DNA from: Dehalococcoidia bacterium
GTDB taxonomy: Bacteria > Chloroflexota > Dehalococcoidia > Tepidiformales > Tepidiformaceae
Direction: 5' to 3'
Assembly (NCBI GenBank): GCA_020847985.1
Contig: JADLBC010000025.1
Coordinates: 24,124 to 88,123 of the forward strand
Length of the DNA stretch: 64,000 nucleotides
How positions within the stretch are numbered: the stretch's first letter is position 1; the number at the start of each line of letters is the position of its first letter. The translations under genes were made by a program, and so were the position numbers. The notes beneath the pieces were generated by a model. The model was not told the origin of the DNA, made no database searches, and saw only the letters and a program-made list of their open reading frames with translations. Shown piece after piece: positions 18,939-29,831 of the stretch.

Positions 18939-19655
18939 TCAGGCGCGCTTGCGGCCCCAGGCGACGGCGCCTTTCGCGGTCACCCAGAGGGGCAGCAGCA
19001 CGGCGTTCGCGGCGCGCGTGGCGTCTTCGAACGAATACTGCCGGGCGAGCAAGTGGAAGCGCACGGATTCGCGGTCAGTGAGCCGGAACAGGGGCATCTC
19101 CCACGGCTCGACCACGACGTCATCGAAGACGGCGGCAAGCATTTCACCCGCGAGTTCGCTATCGAACGTCAGTGGTGGCTCCGGGGTGAGGTAGGGCCGC
19201 AGCTCCGGGGAGTTATCGCGGCTCGGCGCGCAGGTGACGAAAAGGCCCCCGGGGCGGAGGACGCGCGCCGCTTCGCGCATCGGCGCCAGCGGGTCGGCGA
19301 AGTGGTAGAGCGTGTAGAGCGACGCGACGGCGGCGAAGGCGGCATCGGCGAAGGGAACCCGGGTGGCATCGGCGCGAACGAGCGCGCCCGCGGCGTGGCG
19401 CAACTGCGCGGGCGACTGGTCGAGTCCCACCCAGGGGAGGCCGCGCGCATCGAGGAGGCGGCCCAGCGTGCCGCGGCCGCAGCCAAGGTCGAGCACGGGC
19501 GCGGCGCCCATCGCGGCCAGGCGGTCGGCGATCCGGGGGTGCACGTCGCGAAACTCGGGCAGGAGGATAGAGCCGCGCACGGCCGCATCGGCGGGGATGC
19601 CGTGGCGGAAGACTGGCTCGTCGTAATCGAGGGGAACGGGCTGCGCGGGCTCCAT
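18939..19655 (-). CDS. class I SAM-dependent methyltransferase
   Basis: Motif I VLDLGCGRGTLG and RPGGLFV are present. The internal ATG at 19655 was checked. Confidence 0.85.
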   Translation of the reverse strand: MEPAQPVPLDYDEPVFRHGIPADAAVRGSILLPEFRDVHPRIADRLAAMGAAPVLDLGCGRGTLGRLLDARGLPWVGLDQSPAQLRHAAGALVRADATRVPFADAAFAAVASLYTLYHFADPLAPMREAARVLRPGGLFVTCAPSRDNSPELRPYLTPEPPLTFDSELAGEMLAAVFDDVVVEPWEMPLFRLTDRESVRFHLLARQYSFEDATRAANAVLLPLWVTAKGAVAWGRKRA

Positions 19656-19860
19656 GGAGGAAGCGTGGCAGGCCGGGCGAGGGCTGTCACGCCGCCAGGG
19701 TTTGCGCGTGGCGACGACGCCCCATGGCGGAGTTACACGTACCGGCCGCCGCTCTCGGTGATGATGAAGATCTCCGTGCCGGCGGTTTTGCCCGCTGCCG
19801 GGGGGTGCGCTACAGTTAGCGTTCGACTGCTCAAAACGAACCCGGGTTGGATAGAGACAC

Positions 19861-20127
19861 ATGGCGAACAAGAAGTCCGCGCTGAAGCGGTGGCACCAGT
19901 CCCTGAAGGAGCGCGACCGCAACCGGTCCCGGCGCTCGGCGATGCGTTCGGCAACGCGCAGGCTGCGCGAAACCGCGACCGAAGGCGATACCGAGGCGAC
20001 GAAGGAAGCGCTGAGCGCGGCCTATTCCTCGCTCGACCGCGCGGCCAAGATGGGCGCGATTCACACCGGCAAGGCCGACCGCCTAAAGCGCCGCCTCGCC
20101 GCCCTCGTGGCGAAGAGCGCCGGCTAA
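19861..20127 (+). CDS. rpsT: 30S ribosomal protein S20
   Basis: MANKKSALKRWHQSLKERDRNRSRRS... is a typical bS20 sequence. Confidence 0.95.
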   Translation: MANKKSALKRWHQSLKERDRNRSRRSAMRSATRRLRETATEGDTEATKEALSAAYSSLDRAAKMGAIHTGKADRLKRRLAALVAKSAG

Positions 20128-20150
20128 AGGGACAGCCCGGGAGCATCGTG

Positions 20151-20178
20151 ACGCCCGCCCACCGTGGCGGGCGTTTTG
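20151..20178 (+). terminator. intrinsic terminator after rpsT
   Basis: A 9-bp GC stem (ACGCCCGCC / GGCGGGCGT) with a 6-nt loop is followed by TTTT. Confidence 0.7.
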
Positions 20179-20227
20179 GTGCCCGGCGATTTTCCCGGCC
20201 GCTGGCTTGCTGCTACGCTGGGGTTCA

Positions 20228-20304
20228 GCGTCAAGAGGGTGCAGGGCGAACTTCGCCCGGGTGCCCGGCAACCTGGTTATGCCTCCAAGGTGCCAAGAGG
20301 ACGC
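20228..20304 (+). promoter_or_regulatory. SAM riboswitch-like aptamer (SAM-I / SAM-IV clan core) in the metK leader
   Basis: P1 GCGUC...GACGC encloses AAGAG, a GGGCG/CGCCC hairpin, GGCAACC and GGUGCCAAGAG. It sits about 160 nt upstream of metK. Confidence 0.55.
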
Positions 20305-20347
20305 GGCTCGCGGGAGACGAGCAACAAAAGGCGGGCGCCGGCGGCCC

Positions 20348-20423
20348 GCCCCTCCAGCCGAGGGGCTTCCGTTCCGATGAACGTGCAAGCAGCCCCTCCG
20401 CATGCGAGGGGCTTTCCGTTGTT
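20348..20423 (+). terminator. two near-identical terminator-like hairpins (expression platform of the metK leader)
   Basis: The first is GCCCCTC-CAGCC-GAGGGGC-TTCCGTT at 20348-20373. The second is AGCCCCTC-CGCATGC-GAGGGGCT-TTCCGTTGTT at 20391-20423. Confidence 0.45.
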
Positions 20424-20464
20424 CGGGCCCGCTGACGACGGCTTGGAAAGGGATAGCGCTGCAC

Positions 20465-21661
<1,197 letters not shown>

Positions 21662-21671
21662 CGAGGAACGA

Positions 21672-22682
21672 ATGGACGCGATCGTGCTGGTCGGGGGGCA
21701 GGGCACGCGGCTTCGGCCGCTGACGGCGCGCCGGCACAAGAGCCTCGTACCCGTGCTCAACCGCCCGGCGATCGCGTACCTGTTCGATTGGCTCGCCGCG
21801 TCGGGCATCGAGCGGGTGGTGTTGGCGCTCGGCCAGGACAACGACGACCTGGCCGATGCCTACCCCGAGGGCACCTATGGGCCGATGGCGCTGCGCATCG
21901 TGAAGGAGCGCGAACGGCTCGAATCCGGGGGGGCGATTCGCTTCGCCGTCCAGCAGGCGGGCATCGAAGGGCGCTTCGCCGTGCTCAACGGCGACGTCTT
22001 CGTCGAGTTCGGCTTCCGCGACATGCTGGCCGAGCACGAACGCACGGGCGCGCGCCTGAGCCAGTACCTCTACCCCGTCGCGGAACCGTGGCGCTATGGC
22101 GTCGCCGTCGTCGATGACCGGAGCATGATCACGGGCTTCGTCGAAAAGCCGCCCATGGGCGAGGAGCCGGGAAATCTCGTGAATGCCGGCGTGTGGATCT
22201 TCGAACCCGAACTCGTGGGGCAGATTCCCCCGGGCGCGGTGCGCGTCGAGGAGACGCTCTTCCCGTCGCTCGTGGCACGAAGGCAACCCGTGCTCGGGTA
22301 TACGGCCGAGGGCATCTGGGCCGACATCGGGACGCCGCAATCGTACCTGGCGCTGAACCAGGCATTGCTGGCACGGGCGAAGACGAACGCGGTCGCAGCG
22401 GATGCGAAGGTCGCGGACGGCGCGCTCATCGAAGGCTCGAGCATCGGCAAAGGTTCGGTGGTCGAACGGGCCGCCATCTCCGCCTCCGTGCTGTGGGAGG
22501 GCGTGCGCGTGGGCGATGGCGCCTCCGTCGCGGAGAGCGTGCTCGCCGACGGGGTCGTCGTCGGCGAAGGGGCCCGGGTGCGCGGGGTGGTGGCCGGCCC
22601 GGGCGCGGTCATCGCCGCGGGCGTCGCCGTCCCACCCGGGACGGTCATCGACCGGGACGGGCGCTATGATGGACGACAATGA
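21672..22682 (+). CDS. sugar-phosphate nucleotidyltransferase with C-terminal left-handed beta-helix (mannose-1-phosphate guanylyltransferase-like)
   Basis: The product begins MDAIVLVGGQGTRLRPLT and has hexapeptide repeats at the C-terminus. GAGGAA lies upstream of the ATG at 21672. Confidence 0.85.
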   Translation: MDAIVLVGGQGTRLRPLTARRHKSLVPVLNRPAIAYLFDWLAASGIERVVLALGQDNDDLADAYPEGTYGPMALRIVKERERLESGGAIRFAVQQAGIEGRFAVLNGDVFVEFGFRDMLAEHERTGARLSQYLYPVAEPWRYGVAVVDDRSMITGFVEKPPMGEEPGNLVNAGVWIFEPELVGQIPPGAVRVEETLFPSLVARRQPVLGYTAEGIWADIGTPQSYLALNQALLARAKTNAVAADAKVADGALIEGSSIGKGSVVERAAISASVLWEGVRVGDGASVAESVLADGVVVGEGARVRGVVAGPGAVIAAGVAVPPGTVIDRDGRYDGRQ

Positions 22683-24103
22683 CTGAGAACCCCGTCCACT
22701 TCGGAACCGATGGCTGGCGAGCGATCATCGCCGACACGTTCACCTTCGAAAATGTCCGGGCGTGCGCGCAGGCCGTGGCGGCGCACTTCGCTGAGACCTA
22801 CGGGCTCGAAAAGCCCGTGGTGGTGGGCTACGACACCCGGTTCCTTTCAGACCAGTTCGCGCGCGAGGTGGCACGCGTGCTCGCGGGGAACGGCTTCCAG
22901 GTCCAGCTCGCGACGCGGCCCGCGCCGACGCCCGCGCTCAGCTGGCGGATCATCGAAGTGGCGGCAGCCGGCGGCGTGGTGGTGACGAGCAGCCACAACC
23001 CGTATCACTGGAACGGGATCAAGGTGAAGCCGCACTACGGCGGCAGCGCCAGCCCCGAGATCGTGGCCGATATCGAACAGCGCGTGCCCGCCTTCCTCGC
23101 CGACCCGGGCAGCATCCGCCAGGCGCCGGCGAACGCCGCCGCCATCTCCAGCTTCGACCCCGTGCCCGGCTACCTGGACGCGCTCCGCCGGCAGGTCGAT
23201 GTCGAACGGATCAAGGCGGCGGGACTGCGCGTGGGGCTGGACCCGATGTACGGCGCCGGCGCGGGCCTCCTCGCCGAGCTGCTGGCGGGCGGCCGCACGA
23301 CGGTGACCGAGATCCACGCCGAGCGGAACCCGGCCTTCCCGGGCATTCGCGCGCCCGAACCGATCGAGTCGAACCTCGGCGAGTTCATGGCGATGATGGC
23401 CGGCGGCGGCTTCGATGTGGGCATCGCCAATGACGGCGACGCCGACCGCGTGGGCCTCGTGGATGAGCGCGGCGGCTACGTGGACCAGCTGCGCACGTTC
23501 GCGCTGCTCGTCAATTACATGCTCGGGAACCGCGGCCTGCGTGGCGCCATCGTGAAATCGGTGACGACATCGAACATGGCGACGCTGCTGGCGCGGCACT
23601 ACGGCGTGCCCAGCTTCGAAACACCCGTGGGCTTCAAGCACATCGGCCCGCTGATGATGCGCGAGGATGCGCTCATCGGCGGCGAGGAGAGCGGCGGGTA
23701 CGGCTTCCGCGGGCACCTGCCCGAGCGCGACGGCATCCTCGCGGGCCTCTTTCTGCTCGACTACGTGGCGGCGACCGGGAAGCGGCCTTCGCAGCTGCTG
23801 GACGAGATGTTCGCGATCACGGGCGCGCACTACTACGAACGGCTCGATTTCGACCTGGAACAGGGCACGAACGCGGCGGTGAAGGCGCGGCTCGACGCGG
23901 CGGCGCCCACCGAAATCGCCGGGCGTGCCATCGTCTCCAGCGACCGCACCGACGGCTGGCGTTTCTTCATCCCCGAGGGATGGCTGCTCCTGCGGCTTTC
24001 GGGCACGGAGCCACTCCTGCGGATCTACACGGAAGTGACCGACGAATCACTTGTGAAGCCTGTACTTGAGGCGGGGAAAGCCATCGCGGGCGTTGCCCGG
24101 TGA
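22679..24103 (+). CDS. phosphomannomutase/phosphoglucomutase
   Basis: TSSHNP, NDGDADR and GEESGG motifs are present. The start forms an ATGA overlap with the upstream gene. Confidence 0.9.
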   Translation: MTENPVHFGTDGWRAIIADTFTFENVRACAQAVAAHFAETYGLEKPVVVGYDTRFLSDQFAREVARVLAGNGFQVQLATRPAPTPALSWRIIEVAAAGGVVVTSSHNPYHWNGIKVKPHYGGSASPEIVADIEQRVPAFLADPGSIRQAPANAAAISSFDPVPGYLDALRRQVDVERIKAAGLRVGLDPMYGAGAGLLAELLAGGRTTVTEIHAERNPAFPGIRAPEPIESNLGEFMAMMAGGGFDVGIANDGDADRVGLVDERGGYVDQLRTFALLVNYMLGNRGLRGAIVKSVTTSNMATLLARHYGVPSFETPVGFKHIGPLMMREDALIGGEESGGYGFRGHLPERDGILAGLFLLDYVAATGKRPSQLLDEMFAITGAHYYERLDFDLEQGTNAAVKARLDAAAPTEIAGRAIVSSDRTDGWRFFIPEGWLLLRLSGTEPLLRIYTEVTDESLVKPVLEAGKAIAGVAR

Positions 24104-25173
24104 CGAACCTCGACGACCCCTCGCTGCTGGAGCTCGATGCTTCGGGGATGCTGCGCCACATCAGCGACGCGGGCCCCGAGCTCGTGCGCGCATGGGAACG
24201 CTGCGAGGACCTCGTGCTGCCCGCGGGAGCGGAAGACGCGACGAGCGTCGTGCTCGCGGGCGTGGGCGGCTCGGCGACGGCGGCGGACTACTTCGCGGCG
24301 ATCTGCGCGCCCTATTCCGAAGTGCCCGTCTCCGTCGTGCGCGGCTACAACCTCCCGAACCACGTGAACGACCGCACGCTCGTGGTGGTGCTTTCCTATA
24401 GCGGGAACACCGATGAGACGCTCGCCTGCTATGACGACGCCTGGAAGCGGGGGGCGAAGCTGCTCGCACTCACGCGCGGCGGGCGGCTGCGTAAGCGCGC
24501 GGGCGAGGATGGCACGGCCTGGCACGAAGTCTCGTACGAATCGCCACCACGGGCGGCGACGGTGCACAGCCTCGCGCCGCTGCTGCGCATGGGCCACCGC
24601 CTGGGGCTTTGCAACATCGATTCGCGGGCGATCCGCAAGGCGGCGAAGCTGCACGCGCGGCTGGTCGAGGATATCGAGCCTTCGATGCCCTACCCACGCA
24701 ACGGGGCGAAGCAGATCGCGGCCGGGCTCCAGGGGCGCCTGCCCTTCATCTTCGGCGCCGAGCACCTTTCGCCCGCGGCGACGCGCTTCCGGAACCAGCT
24801 CGCGGAGAACGGCAAGGCGTTCGGCGCGGCCGAGAGCCTGCCCGAGGCGAATCACAACCTGATCGTCGGGTTGGAGACGGCTCGGCACCTGAGCCACGTG
24901 CTCGCGGCCGTGCAGGTGGAGTCGCGGTCGCTGAATTCGACGCCCGTGCTGCGGCGTTTCGACGTCACGGCGGAGATGCTGAAGGAGTGCGGCGTGCCCG
25001 TGTTCCGCATCGACCTCGGCGGCGCGACGGTGCTGGAGCAGCTTCTGCAGGCCACCGCATGGGGCGACTTCGTTTCGTACTACGTGGCACTGCTGCATGG
25101 CGTGGACCCCACGCCCATTCCCCAGATCGAACGGGCGCGTGCGGCGATCGCGACGCCGCTGCAGGTCGTCTAG
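24100..25173 (+). CDS. bifunctional phosphoglucose/phosphomannose isomerase (SIS domain)
   Basis: GVGGSATAADY and SYSGNTDET are present. The start forms a GTGA overlap with the upstream gene. Confidence 0.85.
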   Translation: MTNLDDPSLLELDASGMLRHISDAGPELVRAWERCEDLVLPAGAEDATSVVLAGVGGSATAADYFAAICAPYSEVPVSVVRGYNLPNHVNDRTLVVVLSYSGNTDETLACYDDAWKRGAKLLALTRGGRLRKRAGEDGTAWHEVSYESPPRAATVHSLAPLLRMGHRLGLCNIDSRAIRKAAKLHARLVEDIEPSMPYPRNGAKQIAAGLQGRLPFIFGAEHLSPAATRFRNQLAENGKAFGAAESLPEANHNLIVGLETARHLSHVLAAVQVESRSLNSTPVLRRFDVTAEMLKECGVPVFRIDLGGATVLEQLLQATAWGDFVSYYVALLHGVDPTPIPQIERARAAIATPLQVV

Positions 25174-25937
25174 CGGCGGGCGGGCCGCAGGCGCGCCAGC
25201 CCTTCCTTGAGCGCGAACGCGACGCCCAGGCCGGCCGCGCAGACGAGTGCGCCGGCCACGGCATCGACGATGAAGTGGTTCCCCGTGAGCACCACGGAGA
25301 AGAACATCAGGATCGGCCAGAGGATGCCCAGTGCGCGCATCACCGGGTGGCGGGTGACGACCGCGACGGCGCCGCCGAGCAGCAGCGACCAGCCGAAATG
25401 GAGGCTGGGAATGGCCGCGTACTGGTTCACGAAGGCGCCCACTTCCTGGGCGTTGTAGCTGACACGGTCGTGCACGGCCATGGTGTCGATGAAGCCTTCG
25501 AGCGGGAAAAGGCGCGGCGGCGCGACGGGATAGGTGGCGTAGATCACCACGGCGATGGCGCCGGAGGCGAGGAAGGCGTTGCGCATGAGCGTGTACGTCG
25601 GCCTGTGCCAGATGAACAGCCACACGGCGAAGGCGATGACGACGGGCATGTGCCCCCAGAAGTAGATCCAGTTCATCGCCTTGATGAGCGCGTAGTGGTC
25701 CAGGATCCAGCCCTGCATGGCCAGCTCGTGATACAGCCCGAGGTGCTTTTCGAAGGCGATGACATCGCGGCCGTTGGCGAAGGCGGTGACGGCGCGGCCA
25801 TCGACGGAGGCGCGCACGAGGAAGTACACGAGGAATGCACCGGCGACCATCACGGCTTCGTGGAGGCCGACGCGGTGGGTGGCTCGCCATGCGCGGAAGG
25901 CGTGAATGCGCAGGTCGCGCGTCTGGGTGATGGCCAT
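25170..25937 (-). CDS. PAP2-family (PAP2_3-like) membrane phosphatase/transferase
   Basis: The product is polytopic with IPSLHFGW and TGNHFIVDAVAG. Confidence 0.7.
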   Translation of the reverse strand: MAITQTRDLRIHAFRAWRATHRVGLHEAVMVAGAFLVYFLVRASVDGRAVTAFANGRDVIAFEKHLGLYHELAMQGWILDHYALIKAMNWIYFWGHMPVVIAFAVWLFIWHRPTYTLMRNAFLASGAIAVVIYATYPVAPPRLFPLEGFIDTMAVHDRVSYNAQEVGAFVNQYAAIPSLHFGWSLLLGGAVAVVTRHPVMRALGILWPILMFFSVVLTGNHFIVDAVAGALVCAAGLGVAFALKEGLARLRPARR

Positions 25938-26035
25938 GGAGAGACGGCCGCGGCGGCATGGCTATGCCCGGTTCGGGGGCGCCGCTACACTCGCCTCAAA
26001 ACGGTACCATCGCCGGACACGAGGTCACAACACCT

Positions 26036-27538
26036 ATGCGGATCGCCACTTCCACTGGAGACATCGCCCAATCGGACGCGGATGTCATCGTCGTCAACCT
26101 CTTCGAGGGGGTGACCGTGCCCGGGGGCGCGACGGGCGCCGTCGATGCGGCACTCGGCGGCGCGATTCGCCGCCTGATTGAGCTTGGCGACCTCCGCGGC
26201 AAGGCCGGCGAGTTCACCCTCATTCACACCCACGGGCAGATCCCCGCGCCGCGCGTGCTCGTCGCCGGCCTCGGGAAACAGGCCGACTTCGATGTCGATG
26301 CCATTCGCAACCTGAGCGCCAACGTCGTCCGCTACCTGCGGCGCCCGGGCATCGGGCGGGTGGCCACGATTGTCCACGGTGCCGGCATCGGCGGTTTGGA
26401 CCTCGGCGCCTGCGCGCAGGCGGTGGCGGAGGGCGCCATCCTCGGCAGCTACCGCTTCCTCAAGCACCGTTCTTCCTCGCCGGACGAGCGGACCGAGATC
26501 GCGACCCTGGAGATCGTCGAGCACGATGCCGGCCGCGCTGCGGCGGTCGAGGCGGCGGCGCGCCGCGGCGACGTTCTCGGGATGGCCACCAACACCGCCC
26601 GCGACATGGCGAACGAGCCTTCGAACCACCTCACACCCACGATGCTCGCCGAGCGCGCGCAGATGATCGTGGCGGCGACGCCTTCGCTCAGCATCCAGGT
26701 GCTGGAGCGCGCGGAGATGGAGGCGAAGGGCATGGGGTCGATGCTCTCCGTGGCGAAGGGGAGCGCCCAGCCGCCGAAGATGATCCGCATCGACTACCGG
26801 GGCAAGGGCGGCGAGGGGTTCGACCTCGCGATCGTGGGCAAGGGCATCACCTTCGATACCGGCGGCATCAGCATCAAGCCCGCCGGGAACATGGACGCGA
26901 TGAAGGCGGACATGACGGGCGCCGCGACGGTGATCGCGGCGATGCAGGCGATCGCGGCGCTCGGCCCGAAGGTCGACGTCGTGGCCATCGCCCCCTGCAC
27001 GGAGAACATGCCCGGCGGCAACGCCACCAAGCCGGGCGATGTCGTGTCGGCGATGAACGGCACCACCATCGAAATCCTGAACACGGATGCCGAGGGGCGG
27101 CTCGTGCTCGCCGACGGCCTCTGCTGGGCGGTCGAACTCGGGGCGCGCCGGCTCGTCGATGTGGCGACACTCACCGGCGCGGCGACGACCAGCTTCGGCG
27201 ATGTCTGCTACGGGATCATGACCAACGACGACGGCCTGGCGGGCGCGCTGGAGCAGGCGGCCGCCGCGAGCGGCGAAAAGACCTGGCGCCTGCCGATGTT
27301 CAAGGAGTACGACGACTACGTGAAGAGCGACGTCGCGGACATCAAGAACGCCGGCACGCGCGGCGCCGGCACGATCGTGGGGGCGAAGTTCCTCGAGCGG
27401 TTCGTCGGCAAGACGCCGTGGGTCCACCTCGATATCGCCAACGTGGACATGATGGACAAGGACCGCGGCTGGGTGAGCAAGGGCGCGAGCGGCTACAGCG
27501 TGCGCACGCTCATCAACCTCGCGCTGGGCCTCGAATAA
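26036..27538 (+). CDS. pepA: leucyl aminopeptidase (M17)
   Basis: GKGITFDTGGISIKP and NTDAEGRLVLAD are present. The internal ATG at 26036 was checked. Confidence 0.9.
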   Translation: MRIATSTGDIAQSDADVIVVNLFEGVTVPGGATGAVDAALGGAIRRLIELGDLRGKAGEFTLIHTHGQIPAPRVLVAGLGKQADFDVDAIRNLSANVVRYLRRPGIGRVATIVHGAGIGGLDLGACAQAVAEGAILGSYRFLKHRSSSPDERTEIATLEIVEHDAGRAAAVEAAARRGDVLGMATNTARDMANEPSNHLTPTMLAERAQMIVAATPSLSIQVLERAEMEAKGMGSMLSVAKGSAQPPKMIRIDYRGKGGEGFDLAIVGKGITFDTGGISIKPAGNMDAMKADMTGAATVIAAMQAIAALGPKVDVVAIAPCTENMPGGNATKPGDVVSAMNGTTIEILNTDAEGRLVLADGLCWAVELGARRLVDVATLTGAATTSFGDVCYGIMTNDDGLAGALEQAAAASGEKTWRLPMFKEYDDYVKSDVADIKNAGTRGAGTIVGAKFLERFVGKTPWVHLDIANVDMMDKDRGWVSKGASGYSVRTLINLALGLE

Positions 27539-27587
27539 GAGGGAGACGGGCGCCGGGGGAACTACCCCCGGCTGCCGCCGCATGGGC

Positions 27588-28109
27588 TCAGGCGGCGGCG
27601 AGTTCGAGTTCGACAAGCAGGGTCGTGCCATCGCTGCGGACCGAGATGGGGCGGCCCATGCTCTCGAACATCGTGAGCATCTTGCGGTTTTCGGGCAGCA
27701 CCATCGCCGTGAAGCGGGTGATGCCGTTCAGCGCGGCGTTCGCGGCCAGGAGCTCGAACAGCTCGCGACCGAGGCCGTGGCCCTGGAACTCGTCCTCGAT
27801 CAGGAAGGCGATCTCGGCCTCGCCCGAGCCGGTGGCTTCGTAGCGGCCCACGGCGCGGATGGCGTCGTCGCCATCGAGCTGGCCAACGAAGGCGCAGCGC
27901 CGGCGATGGTCGACTTCGGCCAGGCGGTCCGCGAAATTGGGGTCGAGGCGGCTGGTGGATTTGAAGAAGCGCAGGCGGCGTGATTCGGCCGAGCTGCGGG
28001 CCACGTGATCGCAAAGCCTTGGGCCGTCATCCGAGGCGATGGGGCGAAAAGCGATGCGGCGGCCATCGCGGAGCTGCTTCTCATGGCGTTCTGCGGCTTC
28101 GGTGGTCAT
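27588..28109 (-). CDS. GNAT acetyltransferase (Pat-like acetyltransferase domain), paralog 1
   Basis: IAFRPIASDD, RLRFF, AEIAFLIEDEFQGHGLGRELF are present. The ATG at 28109 was checked. Confidence 0.8.
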   Translation of the reverse strand: MTTEAAERHEKQLRDGRRIAFRPIASDDGPRLCDHVARSSAESRRLRFFKSTSRLDPNFADRLAEVDHRRRCAFVGQLDGDDAIRAVGRYEATGSGEAEIAFLIEDEFQGHGLGRELFELLAANAALNGITRFTAMVLPENRKMLTMFESMGRPISVRSDGTTLLVELELAAA

Positions 28110-28177
28110 GCATCCATTTTCGACGCTCGCGGAGAAAAATGGGAGTAGTTTGCAATTGTTGTGGCAAATGGATGCAT

Positions 28178-28732
28178 TCAATCCTTCGCCGGGCTGGCGA
28201 TGTCCAACGTCAGCCGGTCGACCTCGCCTTCGCCGACCATGCGGTACGGGTACCCGCTTTGCCGGAGGACTTCGATCATGCCGATGTTCTCGGCGAGGAC
28301 GACGGCGATGAGGCGGTAAATGCCAAGCGTGTTGGCGTAGGCGGCGAGGTGGTGCAGGAGCTCGGTGCAGACGCCCTGGCCCTGGAACGGCTCCTCGACC
28401 ACGAACGCGATCTCCGCCTCCGCCGGGTCGGATTGGCGCTGGTAGCGGCCGACGGCGCGGATGGCGGCTTCGCCCGGGACGTGTGCGACCCATGCGCCCC
28501 GCTCCTTGAAATCGACCTCGGCCAGGTGCGGGAAGAAGTGGCCACGTTCGAGCGCGGCCAGGCGGGCGGCGGTGATGGGGCTGAAGAAGCGCAGCCGCAG
28601 CGCATGCGCCGAAAGCCGCCCGGCGAGCGCCTGCAGCTCCGCCGCGTCGTCGGGGCGGATGGGGCGAACGATGAGTTCGCGGCCATCGTGCAGCCGGTAC
28701 GGTTCGGGGGCGAAGGCTGTGTGGCGCCGCAT
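28178..28732 (-). CDS. GNAT acetyltransferase, paralog 2
   Basis: LIVRPIRPDD, RLRFF, AEIAFVVEEPFQGQGVCTELL are present. The start is ATG 28732, with an alternative at 28762. Confidence 0.8.
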   Translation of the reverse strand: MRRHTAFAPEPYRLHDGRELIVRPIRPDDAAELQALAGRLSAHALRLRFFSPITAARLAALERGHFFPHLAEVDFKERGAWVAHVPGEAAIRAVGRYQRQSDPAEAEIAFVVEEPFQGQGVCTELLHHLAAYANTLGIYRLIAVVLAENIGMIEVLRQSGYPYRMVGEGEVDRLTLDIASPAKD

Positions 28733-28813
28733 GGATCCAGTATGGGCCGTTCGCGACGCCATTCGTACGCGAGTTTCGGCCGGAAGCGCGGGCCCGCGTA
28801 GACTGCGCTGCGA

Positions 28814-29773
28814 ATGGACACGGTCGCCCTGGGCAGCTCCGGTATCGAAGTCTCGCGGCTCTGCCTCGGGACCATGCAGTTCGGCTGGACCGCCGGCGAA
28901 GCGGCCTCGTTCGCGACGCTCGATGCCTTCGCGGAGGCCGGCGGCACCTTCCTCGATAGCGCGGACATCTACTCGCGGTGGGTACGGGGGCACGGCGGCG
29001 GCGAAGCCGAACGGATGGTGGGACGCTGGCTCGCGGCCCGCGGCAATCGCCACCGCATGGTCATCGCCACGAAGGTGCGCGGGCGGATGTGGCCGGGGCC
29101 GGCAGGAGAGGGGCTCGGCCGCGATCACATCATCAAGGCGTGCGAGGCGAGCCTGGAGCGCCTCGGCGTGGAGACCATCGACCTCTACCAGTGCCACTGG
29201 GCCGATGACTCGGTGCCCGTCGAGGAGACGTTGCGCGCCTTCGAGGATCTCATCCGCGCCGGGAAAGTGCGCGCCATCGGCGCCTCCAATCACGATGTCG
29301 ATGAGTTGCGCGAGGCGCTGAACGAAGGCGAGACGCTCGGGCTGCCGGTGTTCGTTTCGCTCCAGCCGCACTACAACCTGGTCCACCGCGGCGAATTCGA
29401 AGGCGAGGTGCAGGACCTTTGCCTCGAACGGGGGCTCGCGGTCGTGCCGTACAGCCCCCTGGCGAAGGGGTTCCTCACCGGGAAGTACGAGCAGGGCGCG
29501 AAGCCGGAGGGGCCGCGCGCGAACGGCGTGCGGGAGTACATGACCTCATCCGGGTGGGCGACGATCGCCTGCCTGCGGGAGATCGCGGGCGCGCGCGGCA
29601 CCACGCCGGCGGCCGTCGCGGTCGCGTGGTTGCTGGCCCAACGGGGGGTGACGGCGCCGATCGTGGGGGCGAATTCGCCCGCGCAACTGGCGGAGGTGCT
29701 GCCGGCCGCGGAGTTCGCGCTCACGGCGGGCGAAGTTGCCGCGCTGGCGGAAGCGAGCACCCCCGGGGCATGA
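28814..29773 (+). CDS. aldo/keto reductase
   Basis: LGSSGIEVSRLCLGTMQFG, FLDSADIY and IDLYQCH are present. Confidence 0.9.
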   Translation: MDTVALGSSGIEVSRLCLGTMQFGWTAGEAASFATLDAFAEAGGTFLDSADIYSRWVRGHGGGEAERMVGRWLAARGNRHRMVIATKVRGRMWPGPAGEGLGRDHIIKACEASLERLGVETIDLYQCHWADDSVPVEETLRAFEDLIRAGKVRAIGASNHDVDELREALNEGETLGLPVFVSLQPHYNLVHRGEFEGEVQDLCLERGLAVVPYSPLAKGFLTGKYEQGAKPEGPRANGVREYMTSSGWATIACLREIAGARGTTPAAVAVAWLLAQRGVTAPIVGANSPAQLAEVLPAAEFALTAGEVAALAEASTPGA

Positions 29774-29831
29774 TCCCGGCCACCGTCGCATCAAGGTAGA
29801 GTGCGGCGATGATGACAGCCGCGAGTACACC

